59,138 nt of DNA. Origin: a virus (lineage: Duplodnaviria; Caudoviricetes). This document shows positions 9,292 through 19,586 of this stretch, one piece after another. Below the pieces are notes generated by a model. It saw nothing but the letters and a program-made list of their open reading frames with translations, was not told the DNA's origin and did not search any database. The stretch spans positions 1 to 59,138 of the IMG/VR virus record IMGVR_UViG_3300035228_000525; one strand, given 5' to 3'. Numbering within the stretch: the first letter of the stretch is position 1; each line of letters begins with the position of its first letter. A program made the position numbers and the translations under genes.

Positions 9292-11106
9292 TTACACGCT
9301 ACTACTTAGGTTTTGATCAAATGTCCAATTTCCGCTTGATGTAACAAACTGCTTCAAGCTTCTTGTAGTACTAACAGCTACTGAACCAGTTGCGTTGGTA
9401 AATCCAATATCTTGTACTACTGATTGGTTTTGTGTTCCGTTAGCATCTACTGCTATGAACGATTTAGTTGCTACTGCTGTAATATCAATACCAGTAACTG
9501 TTGCACCAGCAAGAGTTGTGCCATGTATTCTAGCTGTTGTTCCGTTTGCAACGCTAGATGCAGGAACTAGATCATTAATAACTAGTGCAATCTGTGAATC
9601 GTTAAGTCCAGTGATGTCCATACTAAACGCAATAGCCGAACCGGCAATTTGTTGATCTACGTATAATTTATTTGTAACGTCTGCGTCAGCTGTAGGTGCT
9701 CCTACGCCAGTAATTTTTTTACTGTTACTAATAGTAATAGTATCAGCACTAGTAATCGTTAATCCAAGAGCTGTTGTTGTAATTGTTGCCGCATTAATAT
9801 TTGTATTATCAACTTGTAAATTACCTAATGTACCAACCGTAGTTAATCCAGTAGCAGATGTTACACTACTAGCTAGTGTAGTTGTTGATAATACTGTAGA
9901 TCCAGCAATTTTATATGTTTTACCTGTGCTAAGGTCCATATGTTCTGATGATGTCCATGCTTTAGTTGCATTTTTCCAAGTAAAGTTTTTATCATCTCCG
10001 GTAACTCTAATTACCATTCCGGCATCGTCAACTCCAGCATCATTTAATAATGTACTGTCATTTGTAATAGCAAGTTCAATTTGTTTATCTTCAACCCTTA
10101 ATGTAGAAACATCAATGCTTGCACTTGATCCTTCAACTATTAAATTGCCAGTAACACGCATGTCTCCTGTAACATCTAATGTATGCAAAGGAGTATCTTG
10201 GAAAATACCTACACGCTTTGTTGAAGCATCAATATGTACTGCATCAATAGCTAGTGATCCTGCCGCAGAACTTGTTACTTTAATAACATAGTCATCATCA
10301 ATTCTAGCATTTTCTGTAACAAAACTATTGCCAACTATTTTCATAATTTGGTTGGCATTAGGTCCAATTGTCAAACCATTTGAATTTAATACTTGTAACG
10401 CTCCGGTAGTTGTTCCGTCTGCAACTGCTGATAAAAAGCTATCTGCACTAACTGATGTTCCGTCTGCTTTAATTAAGTTTAACGCTTTGTCTGCAACACC
10501 TTGTAGTGTAAATCCTGTTGCGGAATTTGTATCAAGTACATTGATGCCTTTTTTAACATCTCCAGTAAATCCAGGAATAGCAGTTCCAGGTGTAAAAGTA
10601 ATATTACTCATAATAGCCATTAATGTTCCGCCAATATACAAGTCAGCACATGTTCTTGTCCTACTTTGTACATCAAGCCTAGATACTATTTCAAATCCTG
10701 ACTTACCTTGTGTAGTTGAATACAACGGACCGGCTAATACTGGATTATCAGATCCGTCAAAGAAGTATAATTGGTCATTATTATTATTAATCCATAAATC
10801 ACCTGCAACCATCGCCGGCTGTGAAGATTGTACAAAAGGTCCACCAACTGCTTTAAATTGTGCACCGTTATAAACTTTTAATCTACCATCAGAGGTATCC
10901 CACCAAACTTGTCCAGTTACTGGATTTAATGGGCTTGTTGAATTTGAAAAACTTTCTAATAATTTAATATAGTTTTCATTTAGGTATTCTCCAAATCCTG
11001 AATAATTTCTTCCTACTAGTGTAAGTGATGTACTAGCTGTATCAATTGATCCATCTATTAAATCTACAAGTAATGTTCCGTCTGTTTTATTTAATTTATA
11101 GCTCAT
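9292..11106 (-). CDS. Tail fibre-like virion protein
   Basis: Same N-terminal domain as its neighbours (GRNYSGFGEYLNENYIKLLESF..GQVWWD); RVGI..P.HTLDVTG and D.TNKLYVD fibre-type motifs. Confidence 0.7.
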   Translation of the reverse strand: MSYKLNKTDGTLLVDLIDGSIDTASTSLTLVGRNYSGFGEYLNENYIKLLESFSNSTSPLNPVTGQVWWDTSDGRLKVYNGAQFKAVGGPFVQSSQPAMVAGDLWINNNNDQLYFFDGSDNPVLAGPLYSTTQGKSGFEIVSRLDVQSRTRTCADLYIGGTLMAIMSNITFTPGTAIPGFTGDVKKGINVLDTNSATGFTLQGVADKALNLIKADGTSVSADSFLSAVADGTTTGALQVLNSNGLTIGPNANQIMKIVGNSFVTENARIDDDYVIKVTSSAAGSLAIDAVHIDASTKRVGIFQDTPLHTLDVTGDMRVTGNLIVEGSSASIDVSTLRVEDKQIELAITNDSTLLNDAGVDDAGMVIRVTGDDKNFTWKNATKAWTSSEHMDLSTGKTYKIAGSTVLSTTTLASSVTSATGLTTVGTLGNLQVDNTNINAATITTTALGLTITSADTITISNSKKITGVGAPTADADVTNKLYVDQQIAGSAIAFSMDITGLNDSQIALVINDLVPASSVANGTTARIHGTTLAGATVTGIDITAVATKSFIAVDANGTQNQSVVQDIGFTNATGSVAVSTTRSLKQFVTSSGNWTFDQNLSSSV

Positions 11107-13148
11107 ATGTTTACTGCCCCTGCATAGATAATATAATTAATGGACATGAACGGATTCATTGTGTCTAATGCTGTGCCCGTTGTTCCTGATACACCACCAC
11201 TTGTTGAAACAGCTTGCCCTTGGCCGCTTCCTGTTGGAGCATCATAAGTAATAGAAGAAGCAGGACTTTCAGCCCCTTTTGCCGCATCTAGTATTGCATA
11301 AAACTGTGTTCCTTCAACAACTAGATCATGCTCGTGTTCAGGTAAATTGTTAAGTCCAATAGTAACATCTTCGGTACCACCTGTGTTACCAATTTCAGAA
11401 CCTTTTAATCCAGTTACTCGACCTGCGGCAGTGCCGCCCATATTATCTAAACCAATTGGGCTTCTACCTCTTAAATCAGGTAATGCAAATTTTGCAACGC
11501 CGCCATCACTTATTAAATTAGCTTGTTTGTAATCAAAACCAATTAATGTAAACAGCTCTTGATATGTTGTTTGATCAATCTCGCTACCGTCACACAATAA
11601 CCATCCAGGATACTTTACTGGGTCTGGAACTGTTCTTCCAGTGTATGGCATAATAACGCCCGGTGGGTTAGTTGGTACACTTTCTAGTAGCGTATCTCTA
11701 CCAACTCTATATAGTCCTGTTGTTCCTGAAGTTCTGTTTAATAAGAATTCATCATCTGATACTGTAGTTGCTGTATTTGTTTTATTACTAATAAATGCAT
11801 TAGATACCGAAGTTGTAAATACTTTGGTACTACCACCTGTTTGGCCGTCAAATACTAATTGGTTAGCTATTACCTCGCCTGTCATTTGAAAGTTAGTACT
11901 ACTTGCTAATTTATCTGCACTTCCTGCTCGACCACTAACTGTACCAGTTACGTTTCCTAATAGGTTACCATTAAATGTAGTTGCATAAATTCCTAGATAT
12001 TTGTTAGCTGAATTACCAATATTTCTTACGTTTGGCGAGTCTGGTGCTATATTTTGTGTAGTTAAAATACCATCAATATCAAAACTTCCGCCAACATTTA
12101 AATTTCCTGCAATTCCTGCGCCGCCAGCAACTACTAATGCACCGTTACCAAAGTTTGTACTAGAAGTTGTTCCGTCTACGTATATATTTCCACTTAATTT
12201 AATATTACCTGTAACATCTAACTTTTCGCTTGGTGCTGTATTGCTTATGCCAATATTTGTTGTTGAGTCAATACGCATTGCTGTTTGCGTTGTGCCGCTA
12301 TTATTAACTCTAATATCAATATTACTTCCACTAGTATTATGTGTAATAATACCTGCTTCTCCCTCAACCTCAATAGCAAGTTGGTTTCCTGTTCCTAATA
12401 ATAATCCTGAATCATTTTTAATTTTAATTTGATAGTTTGTTGTACTTACTGCATCACCTCTTAAGAAGTTTGTTGCCGCAACGTTTGTAGTACCAATTAA
12501 TAAGTTTTCTGCAACAGTAGATGGACCTACAAATTTAGGAGCACCATCTCCCGTAAGATTTGTTGTAGTTAAGTTAATACCCGGACTTATAGTTGTAAAT
12601 CCGCTAATGGTAGCTTTTGGTGTAAAACTGTCTGCTGAAATAATTGCAACTGGTTTTGCCGCTACTTCAACTTGTACTGCACTATAAACAACATTATCTT
12701 GACCTATTATCTCAACTGGTTGTGCACCAGTTGTAAGTCCGCCTGTAAACTCAGGTCCTACTAATACCCAGCCTGAGCCTGTAAACAAATATAATTGTTG
12801 ATTGTCAGTGTCTACCCATAGGTCACCAACAACACTACTTGATGCTTCAGGCTGTGTTAATGCTTTTTTTAGTCCGCCTGATGCTACCCAATTTGTTGCA
12901 TCATATACTTTTAATTGTTCGCTTCCAGGAGTGTTGTCGTACCAAATTTGTCCTTCAACAGGATTACTTGGCGCAGAATTTTTTGCAAAATTCTCTAATA
13001 AGTGTAAAAAGTTTTCGTTAATTGCAGTACCGTATGCTGTAGTATTTCTTCCAGGAAAACTTAAACTAGTCTGTACATTTAAGGTATTATCCTCAACAGT
13101 AATGCTTCCTTTATTTGATACATCTGTAAAATTAATAGTATATGCCAT
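11103..13148 (-). CDS. Short tail fibre-like protein with phage tail collar domain
   Basis: PPGVIMPYTG..GWLLCDGS..FALPDLRGR collar domain, NLPEHEH, C-terminal NPFMSINYII; shared N-terminal anchor domain. Confidence 0.8.
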   Translation of the reverse strand: MAYTINFTDVSNKGSITVEDNTLNVQTSLSFPGRNTTAYGTAINENFLHLLENFAKNSAPSNPVEGQIWYDNTPGSEQLKVYDATNWVASGGLKKALTQPEASSSVVGDLWVDTDNQQLYLFTGSGWVLVGPEFTGGLTTGAQPVEIIGQDNVVYSAVQVEVAAKPVAIISADSFTPKATISGFTTISPGINLTTTNLTGDGAPKFVGPSTVAENLLIGTTNVAATNFLRGDAVSTTNYQIKIKNDSGLLLGTGNQLAIEVEGEAGIITHNTSGSNIDIRVNNSGTTQTAMRIDSTTNIGISNTAPSEKLDVTGNIKLSGNIYVDGTTSSTNFGNGALVVAGGAGIAGNLNVGGSFDIDGILTTQNIAPDSPNVRNIGNSANKYLGIYATTFNGNLLGNVTGTVSGRAGSADKLASSTNFQMTGEVIANQLVFDGQTGGSTKVFTTSVSNAFISNKTNTATTVSDDEFLLNRTSGTTGLYRVGRDTLLESVPTNPPGVIMPYTGRTVPDPVKYPGWLLCDGSEIDQTTYQELFTLIGFDYKQANLISDGGVAKFALPDLRGRSPIGLDNMGGTAAGRVTGLKGSEIGNTGGTEDVTIGLNNLPEHEHDLVVEGTQFYAILDAAKGAESPASSITYDAPTGSGQGQAVSTSGGVSGTTGTALDTMNPFMSINYIIYAGAVNI

Positions 13149-13151
13149 TTA

Positions 13152-13757
13152 TTACGCTCCCGACAAACTCTGTACACGCACAGTATAATCTATTTGTATA
13201 AGTCTGTTCAAAGATTTTTGTACTGGATGAAAAATTACATGAGTAATTAGTTTACCGGTGGTAGCCGGATCATAACTTTTTAATCCTAGCTCGTCGAATA
13301 CATAAGTGCTAGTTGCATCTGTAGCAGTATCAAATGCGTCTTGGCCTGCTGGTTCGCCGTAATCTAGTAAACATGTTACAATAATATCAGTATAATTAGT
13401 TCCGCTTACATGTCTAGTTTCTAATTTGTTTCTAACAGGATCAGTATTGTTTGTACTTAAATCATCTACAACTTTAGTAAATGTTTGATTATACAAACTA
13501 GCATTTGTTCCTGTACTATTAGGTGTTAAGTATGTAATAATACCTGTTGGATCTACGCTAGTACCGCCATTACCAAAACTCATTTCATAAATGGGTCCTT
13601 TGCCAGCATTAGCTAAACTTTCAGCAAGTGCAATACTCATATTCTCATAATGAATAGCATTACGCTTATCAACATATACTTCACCACTACTTGGATCGGA
13701 TATCTTGATATGCCCTGTTATTGCTACTCCTGATTTGTCATTTAATTTATCTGTCAT
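13152..13757 (-). CDS. Baseplate/fibre-attachment structural protein
   Basis: FDELGL..LITHVIFHPVQKS..YTVRV C-terminus typical of tail-collar/fibre N-terminal-like proteins. ATG at 13757 (GAGA upstream) preferred over the track's GTG at 13769. Confidence 0.6.
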   Translation of the reverse strand: MTDKLNDKSGVAITGHIKISDPSSGEVYVDKRNAIHYENMSIALAESLANAGKGPIYEMSFGNGGTSVDPTGIITYLTPNSTGTNASLYNQTFTKVVDDLSTNNTDPVRNKLETRHVSGTNYTDIIVTCLLDYGEPAGQDAFDTATDATSTYVFDELGLKSYDPATTGKLITHVIFHPVQKSLNRLIQIDYTVRVQSLSGA

Positions 13758-13778
13758 TTTGTTTCTCACTGCTATGTG

Positions 13779-13786
13779 TATTTATT
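13779..13786 (-). promoter_or_regulatory. Late promoter-like AATAAATA
   Basis: TAAATA core overlapping the stop of the giant gene, upstream of 13757. Confidence 0.55.
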
Positions 13787-16700
13787 TGACTAGCTCGGTT
13801 ACTTTGGTCCTAAGGAACCTTGCAATGTCATTTTCTTGTCTAGTTAGGCTAGTTCCAGGATCTGTCCAGAGTTTACCTTTTTTACGTACTATAATAATCT
13901 TTTGATTCTCTAATGGAGCAGTAGTAAGTGTTAATGTACTAGTTGTACCGTCTATACTAAACTCTGCCGCACTTGATGCATCACCTTCTGGACTATCTAA
14001 ATTAGTAGCCGGATTAAAGATATCTATAGCATTCTTTCTCATACGCTTACCTGCAACAAATACTTCAAACTCGTTTATACTTGTTGGTATAAAGTCTAGT
14101 TCATAAGCAGTTGAAGTACCGTCTGCTGTAAGTACCTGTGTTAGTGTTTCGTCTACATAAGGAATAGTTTGTCCAATGCTTTGTTCAATTACTGTAGTTC
14201 CTGCAGAATAGGTTGGTTTAACTCCTGTTCCGAGTGTTCCTCTACGTAATTGTCTCAAAGTATTGTTTTGTTTCACAAAATATTCAATTCTTTCTCCATC
14301 AATAAACACCACTCCGGGTATTTTTGACGTTTTATTAGGCGTTGGCAACTGACTTGCATCTAATAATTGTATTTTTAAATCAGACCAATTAAGTGCTTCT
14401 GCTAACATATACTTATTCGAATCATCCATACGCTTATAGTGAGTCCGGTTTAGCATATCTTTAAACTGTCTAAACCCAAACTTCTGTAGCGTTGGAGGAG
14501 CAGTAAAGTGTATTAACTCAATAGTGTCGTTTGAATTAATTGGTTTTGTTATTTTAATATGATTTTTGTCTTCTGTAACATAATAATCTACTACTGGTGT
14601 TAATTGTACACCATTTAAGACTACCCACACATATTTTGAATTATTAACAGCTTTGCGTAATTTTACAAATCCATTAGTTAATAATGTATATTCTTGGAAA
14701 TCTACTGTTCCTTCTGATACTGATGTCCTAGTAATAACATTATATTTAATACGTTCAATATCTTGTATGTCATGATTACTAAATGTAGTAATTTCTACAG
14801 TAGCGTCAATTGCCGGAGCATTATCAAAATATATTACCCCTGGTGTTGAAATAAACTTAGTTGAACTATCAGGTCCTGCTTCGATACCTACATATCCAAA
14901 TGCATATTCTCCGTCTGCTACTAGGAATACATCAAGTATTTGTCCAGCTGTTGCTATGTTAGGCGTTAAGTTAACTATATTACTAGCTGAATCCCATTTG
15001 TATTCAATGTTCCTTACTAACTTAATACCATCTATATAAACTTCAATATCCTCGCCACGTATAGTATTAAGACCTAACTGCCAATTCTGTAATTGGTATT
15101 GTAGTAAATTTGTCACAACATGCCTATCACTATATCCTGAATTTAATATAACTCCGTTAACTTTAACTATTGTTTGGTTAGCAACTGGATTGCTTCCTAT
15201 TGGTGTGTTAGCTAATGTATAAGTTTTTGTACTTCCATCTGCTGTAAATTCTTGTGATGCTACTTGACTGAAGTTTGTTCCTGTTGCATAAAATAATCCA
15301 TAATCTATTACTGCGTCTAGTGCAGGTGCTGTATCAAATCTAATTCCTGCGTATCCTTTATCAACTCCGTAACTATCTCCTGCAGAGAAAATTGTAACTG
15401 ATTGTGCAACTCCGTTAATATTAACAAAGTTTGTCATATTTGATTGCCATTCTACATTAGTAATAAACTCTACTGAACTTCCGTCTCCTGTAAATTTATT
15501 AATATCTAAGATCTTTTGTCCTGCTTCTCCCATAACTATTATGTTTAATAATTTACGTGTTGTAGGTGCTGTTGAAAATGTAATAGTATTAGTTGCGTAA
15601 TTTACTGTATATAAACTTGGTGCAACTTTAACATTATCAAGTCTTACAAATATTGCATCTGCTGAATTAGGATGTCCTGCTAGATTAAATGTATCTTTAA
15701 TACCGTCTGTCCAATATACATTACTATAAATTGTACTACCGCCATCAACTGAACGATGAAATACTTTTAAATCCATTGTATCTAATATCTGTCCAGCAAC
15801 TAATTCTTCAGGACCTTTACTAGTAGTTGGAGTTACAAATAAGTCACCGTCTACTACTATTTCAGAAGCCGATATACCTCTAGCAGTATCATATAATGTA
15901 GTTCCGCCATCAAGTAATGTATCGTAAGATGTTACATCAGGTTTAAAGCTACCATCACTAGTAGTTTTTCTAATAATAAATGTGTCATCACTATTTGCTG
16001 TTATGCCTAAGTTTTGTAAATTTATTTCAGTTTGCCCTGCACCTGTAATACTAAGCATCTTAGCATTTGGATTAGTAGCTTCACTAGAATCATTGTAATA
16101 CAAATCGTCTATTCTTATATTATTTTTATAGACATTATATACAACACCAGTTTCTAATGGCGTAGTCCATGTTAATGATGTCGTTGATCCGTCTAGTTGA
16201 AATACTAGATCTTCGTATGTGTTATCATAGGTATCAAATGTTTCTGTAAAGAACGGATCAGTATCCCAACCTGCACTACCTTCAAAACTAAAACTTTTAA
16301 TTTCAACGCCGCCGTAGTCAATACCTTCCATTAACTGCGAAACATCTTTACCTATCATTCCTGTAGTAGGATTATAAAGTAAATTAATTCTATCCTGTGC
16401 ATCTAGTAAATTTGCATCTTTGCTATATGTAACAGTTATTGCCGCACCTAATTTAGGTGGAGTAGTAAAAGTAATCTGACCAATTTCTCTGTCATATCCT
16501 TTGGTGGCGTCTTTAATATTAGTAAACGTATACTCGCTTCTTAATAATTCAATACCTGTAACCACTACTGTTGTATTTGTATTTTTCCTATCCATTGGCC
16601 ATTTTAATTTATAATTAAATTGGGTGCCTGTTCCTGTAAATGATTCGCTTGTAGCAAGAGTAGTAATATAATAACTTCCACTAACTCTATCAAACTTAAA

Positions 16701-19586
16701 CTTAACTTTAGTACCTCTAACTACTCCGTTACCAAGAATAGCACTTGCTCTAGCAATAGTACCATTATCACTTAATCCGCCATCAACAATAATTGTTGGA
16801 GCACTTAAATAACCACTACCTGAAGTTAATACTTCAATTTTACTTATTTTTCCATTATTTAAATATGCTTTTGCTGTTGCACCTGATCCGCTACCGCCTT
16901 CAAATTTAATTACTGGAGGTAGATTATATAAATTACCCGGGTCTCCAATTTCAATACTTGAAACTTCATAACCTGAATTATCGTACCAATGTTTATCTGG
17001 ATACGATGATACATCACGTTGACCATAAATTGCGTCACTGTCTACTTTTGCAGTCGAAGCTTCTATTTTCTGTGTTGCTATACTATACTTAGGAGGTAAA
17101 TCAAAATCTGATACTGTTGTGTTAGTTGGATCAATTTTTTCATATGAACTTACAAACTCTCTAACTTTTGTTTTGTACGGCTTAACTTCATTAATATATG
17201 TTTGGTAGCTTTCTAAATTATCATTTTTAAATGTAACTTTTTGTGCTAACTCGCCTAAGTTATGTTGTGCTTTGACAAAGCTAGTTTTAAATGCCCAATC
17301 AATATTTGGCTGTTCACTAAACGCATATCTAATGCTTGATAAAAATAATTTATTATATTCAGCTTCTAAATTATCAACAAATATCTTATCTCGTAATGTT
17401 TCTAATATTATTCTTGATTCTGTTACAGGTTGTGCATCAAAAAATACACTATCGTAATTATTACTATCAAATCCTACTTTACTTTTTCCTACATTATATA
17501 ATGTATCAGTAAACATAATAGTTGCATTTTGTTTGCCGATTGTTTTATAATTTACTGTGTAATCTTCAGTATCTACGTTTGCTATTTTTTGTAGTAATAG
17601 CCATCCGCCTGAACCAACATTTTCAATTTTTACAGTATCATTAATATCATTATCTAAGCCAGTTAATAAATAACTTGCTGAAATTATATCTGTAGGTGTA
17701 ACAAAATTATTATATCCCGGAGCATACCAGTCTACATAATTCCAATAAAGATTTGTATCATAACGCTGGCTTACACTTCTTTCCCATTTAGTTCCTACTA
17801 ATTCGTATATACTCCATTTGCCGGATACATTAGAATCTGAACTAACTAATGCAGAGAATTTTCTAACTGTAAGTGTAGTAGTTTCATCATATCCCTTACC
17901 TGCATTTATAATTGTTACTGTAGCAATTTGTCCAAGTTCATTTAATGTACATTCTACTTCAGCACCTGTTCCAATTCCATTAACTGTAATCTTAGGGCCT
18001 TTCCTAACACCACTAGTATATGTAGAATCAATATATCCTCTACCAGTACCTGTAATTAATACTTGTGTTAATGTACCGTCAATAATTGTTGGGGTTAATG
18101 TAGGTACTGTTTTATTACCTATTCCTAAAAATGCTAAGTCCTCAAATGTATCAATTACCGAATCATAAAGTTGTGTACTAGCACTTGGTGCTGGATCACT
18201 TTTAACTAAATCACTAATATCAAATTCGTCAACAATTATATGTTGTTTCAAAACATCGTTTGTTCTTTCAATTACTTGTTTAAATGCTTCTGATTTATTT
18301 ACAAATAGACCTTGTCTTGGCCTATCTTGTATTCCATATTTTAATTTAACACTTAATGCAGGATCTGGTACTAGTCTATCCTTATTATCGTATCCAATTA
18401 AACTGTCAAACCATTTGCGTTCAATATCTTTGTTAGGCTTGCTAGTAGCAACGCCCTGTGCAATCATTTGATATTCGTTGTGTATATTTTGATTTTTATT
18501 ACTAGTAGTGTAGTAACGAATGTTTAATGCAATATCTTTATCTTCCATTAACTGTGCTACATTAAATAACGAGAATCTATCTTTACTCATAAGTGCGGCA
18601 AACTTATACCCTGCGCCTGCAGGGTCTTTAATAAGTTGCTGAACAGCACTTGCACTTAAATTTCTAAAGTCTACTTCTGGAATAGTTTTTTTATTTAATA
18701 CCCAAAAATAGTACTTTGTTGATGTTGAATTAGATATAGTATCCCATACTAGTTGTTGACTATAAGCATTATCGCCATATTTTGATAAACCACTTATTCC
18801 TTGTGCTATACCTTCCTCAGTATCTGCAAGTGAATCCCATTCACTTGGTAATATATTAGATTCAACCCATTCCCATATTGCAATGTCTGTTCCTGGAAAT
18901 ACTTCTGACCAAAAATTTGTTTGATAAGTTATATCGTTTTGATAATAATTATAATACTTAACTGCACTTAGATCCCACCATAGTTTGCCAACTGTATCAT
19001 TAGTCCAGCCACCATAAGTATCAACAACAACACTAGTATCACCAATATTATAAGACGCAGGATCGTAATAAGTTTTAAAACTTAATTCTTGCTCTGCTAT
19101 TCCTGCAATTTTTCCTTGAACTGGATCAATTAGATCAATATCAGCAATGAATGTATTTGTTTTTGTGTTATATAGGAATGCACTTTTAATATTAGACAAA
19201 TCTACTTGGTCTAATGGATTTCTATGTGTAACCCATGCAGTAGTTCCAAGTATTTTTCTATAATCAACTACCATGCCTTGATACGTATTAAAGTCTGTCA
19301 TATGAGGCATACTTGCATAAACGTGATTGTTATTTACTAGTATGTTTTTACCAAACATTATTGAGTCACTATTATCAAACAAAAACTCTTCAGCATATAC
19401 TAATGTTTCATTAATTCTTTCGTAAGTGTAAATAACTCCACTATCCATCATTACTGTTTTAAAGTTAGTAAATTTGTTATCAAAGTAAGTATTTTCTGCA
19501 TCAAATATAGTTGGAGAATCAATGTCTCCTTGTAATGCTGTTACAGCTAATACATTTCCATCAAATCCTAGAGCAGTACCAAACTG
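13782..19586 (-). CDS. Giant virion/baseplate protein, C-terminal part (in-frame continuation after the TAG at 19587-19589)
   Basis: The frame is open from 19586; the track starts at ATG 19451, which has no RBS. Contains FG-GAP-like blades, GSGY..P.I..GG.G.GA.A repeats, FTGDGS/FTADG repeats and a C-terminal IDGERIEY..LRRGTLGT motif. Confidence 0.8.
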   Translation of the reverse strand, partial: QFGTALGFDGNVLAVTALQGDIDSPTIFDAENTYFDNKFTNFKTVMMDSGVIYTYERINETLVYAEEFLFDNSDSIMFGKNILVNNNHVYASMPHMTDFNTYQGMVVDYRKILGTTAWVTHRNPLDQVDLSNIKSAFLYNTKTNTFIADIDLIDPVQGKIAGIAEQELSFKTYYDPASYNIGDTSVVVDTYGGWTNDTVGKLWWDLSAVKYYNYYQNDITYQTNFWSEVFPGTDIAIWEWVESNILPSEWDSLADTEEGIAQGISGLSKYGDNAYSQQLVWDTISNSTSTKYYFWVLNKKTIPEVDFRNLSASAVQQLIKDPAGAGYKFAALMSKDRFSLFNVAQLMEDKDIALNIRYYTTSNKNQNIHNEYQMIAQGVATSKPNKDIERKWFDSLIGYDNKDRLVPDPALSVKLKYGIQDRPRQGLFVNKSEAFKQVIERTNDVLKQHIIVDEFDISDLVKSDPAPSASTQLYDSVIDTFEDLAFLGIGNKTVPTLTPTIIDGTLTQVLITGTGRGYIDSTYTSGVRKGPKITVNGIGTGAEVECTLNELGQIATVTIINAGKGYDETTTLTVRKFSALVSSDSNVSGKWSIYELVGTKWERSVSQRYDTNLYWNYVDWYAPGYNNFVTPTDIISASYLLTGLDNDINDTVKIENVGSGGWLLLQKIANVDTEDYTVNYKTIGKQNATIMFTDTLYNVGKSKVGFDSNNYDSVFFDAQPVTESRIILETLRDKIFVDNLEAEYNKLFLSSIRYAFSEQPNIDWAFKTSFVKAQHNLGELAQKVTFKNDNLESYQTYINEVKPYKTKVREFVSSYEKIDPTNTTVSDFDLPPKYSIATQKIEASTAKVDSDAIYGQRDVSSYPDKHWYDNSGYEVSSIEIGDPGNLYNLPPVIKFEGGSGSGATAKAYLNNGKISKIEVLTSGSGYLSAPTIIVDGGLSDNGTIARASAILGNGVVRGTKVKFKFDRVSGSYYITTLATSESFTGTGTQFNYKLKWPMDRKNTNTTVVVTGIELLRSEYTFTNIKDATKGYDREIGQITFTTPPKLGAAITVTYSKDANLLDAQDRINLLYNPTTGMIGKDVSQLMEGIDYGGVEIKSFSFEGSAGWDTDPFFTETFDTYDNTYEDLVFQLDGSTTSLTWTTPLETGVVYNVYKNNIRIDDLYYNDSSEATNPNAKMLSITGAGQTEINLQNLGITANSDDTFIIRKTTSDGSFKPDVTSYDTLLDGGTTLYDTARGISASEIVVDGDLFVTPTTSKGPEELVAGQILDTMDLKVFHRSVDGGSTIYSNVYWTDGIKDTFNLAGHPNSADAIFVRLDNVKVAPSLYTVNYATNTITFSTAPTTRKLLNIIVMGEAGQKILDINKFTGDGSSVEFITNVEWQSNMTNFVNINGVAQSVTIFSAGDSYGVDKGYAGIRFDTAPALDAVIDYGLFYATGTNFSQVASQEFTADGSTKTYTLANTPIGSNPVANQTIVKVNGVILNSGYSDRHVVTNLLQYQLQNWQLGLNTIRGEDIEVYIDGIKLVRNIEYKWDSASNIVNLTPNIATAGQILDVFLVADGEYAFGYVGIEAGPDSSTKFISTPGVIYFDNAPAIDATVEITTFSNHDIQDIERIKYNVITRTSVSEGTVDFQEYTLLTNGFVKLRKAVNNSKYVWVVLNGVQLTPVVDYYVTEDKNHIKITKPINSNDTIELIHFTAPPTLQKFGFRQFKDMLNRTHYKRMDDSNKYMLAEALNWSDLKIQLLDASQLPTPNKTSKIPGVVFIDGERIEYFVKQNNTLRQLRRGTLGTGVKPTYSAGTTVIEQSIGQTIPYVDETLTQVLTADGTSTAYELDFIPTSINEFEVFVAGKRMRKNAIDIFNPATNLDSPEGDASSAAEFSIDGTTSTLTLTTAPLENQKIIIVRKKGKLWTDPGTSLTRQENDIARFLRTKVTELVK

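Noticed and set aside
7787-13148. Diversity-generating retroelement or invertible tail-fibre cassette
   Set aside because: No reverse transcriptase, recombinase, adenine-mismatched TR/VR pair or flanking inverted repeats seen; paralog similarity is protein-level only.
9395-13188. Several plus-strand ORFs of 60-181 aa over the fibre genes, and similar ones at 17818, 34870, 38826, 45375, 46349 and 51272
   Set aside because: Fully antisense to well-supported genes; typical codon-bias shadows without motifs.
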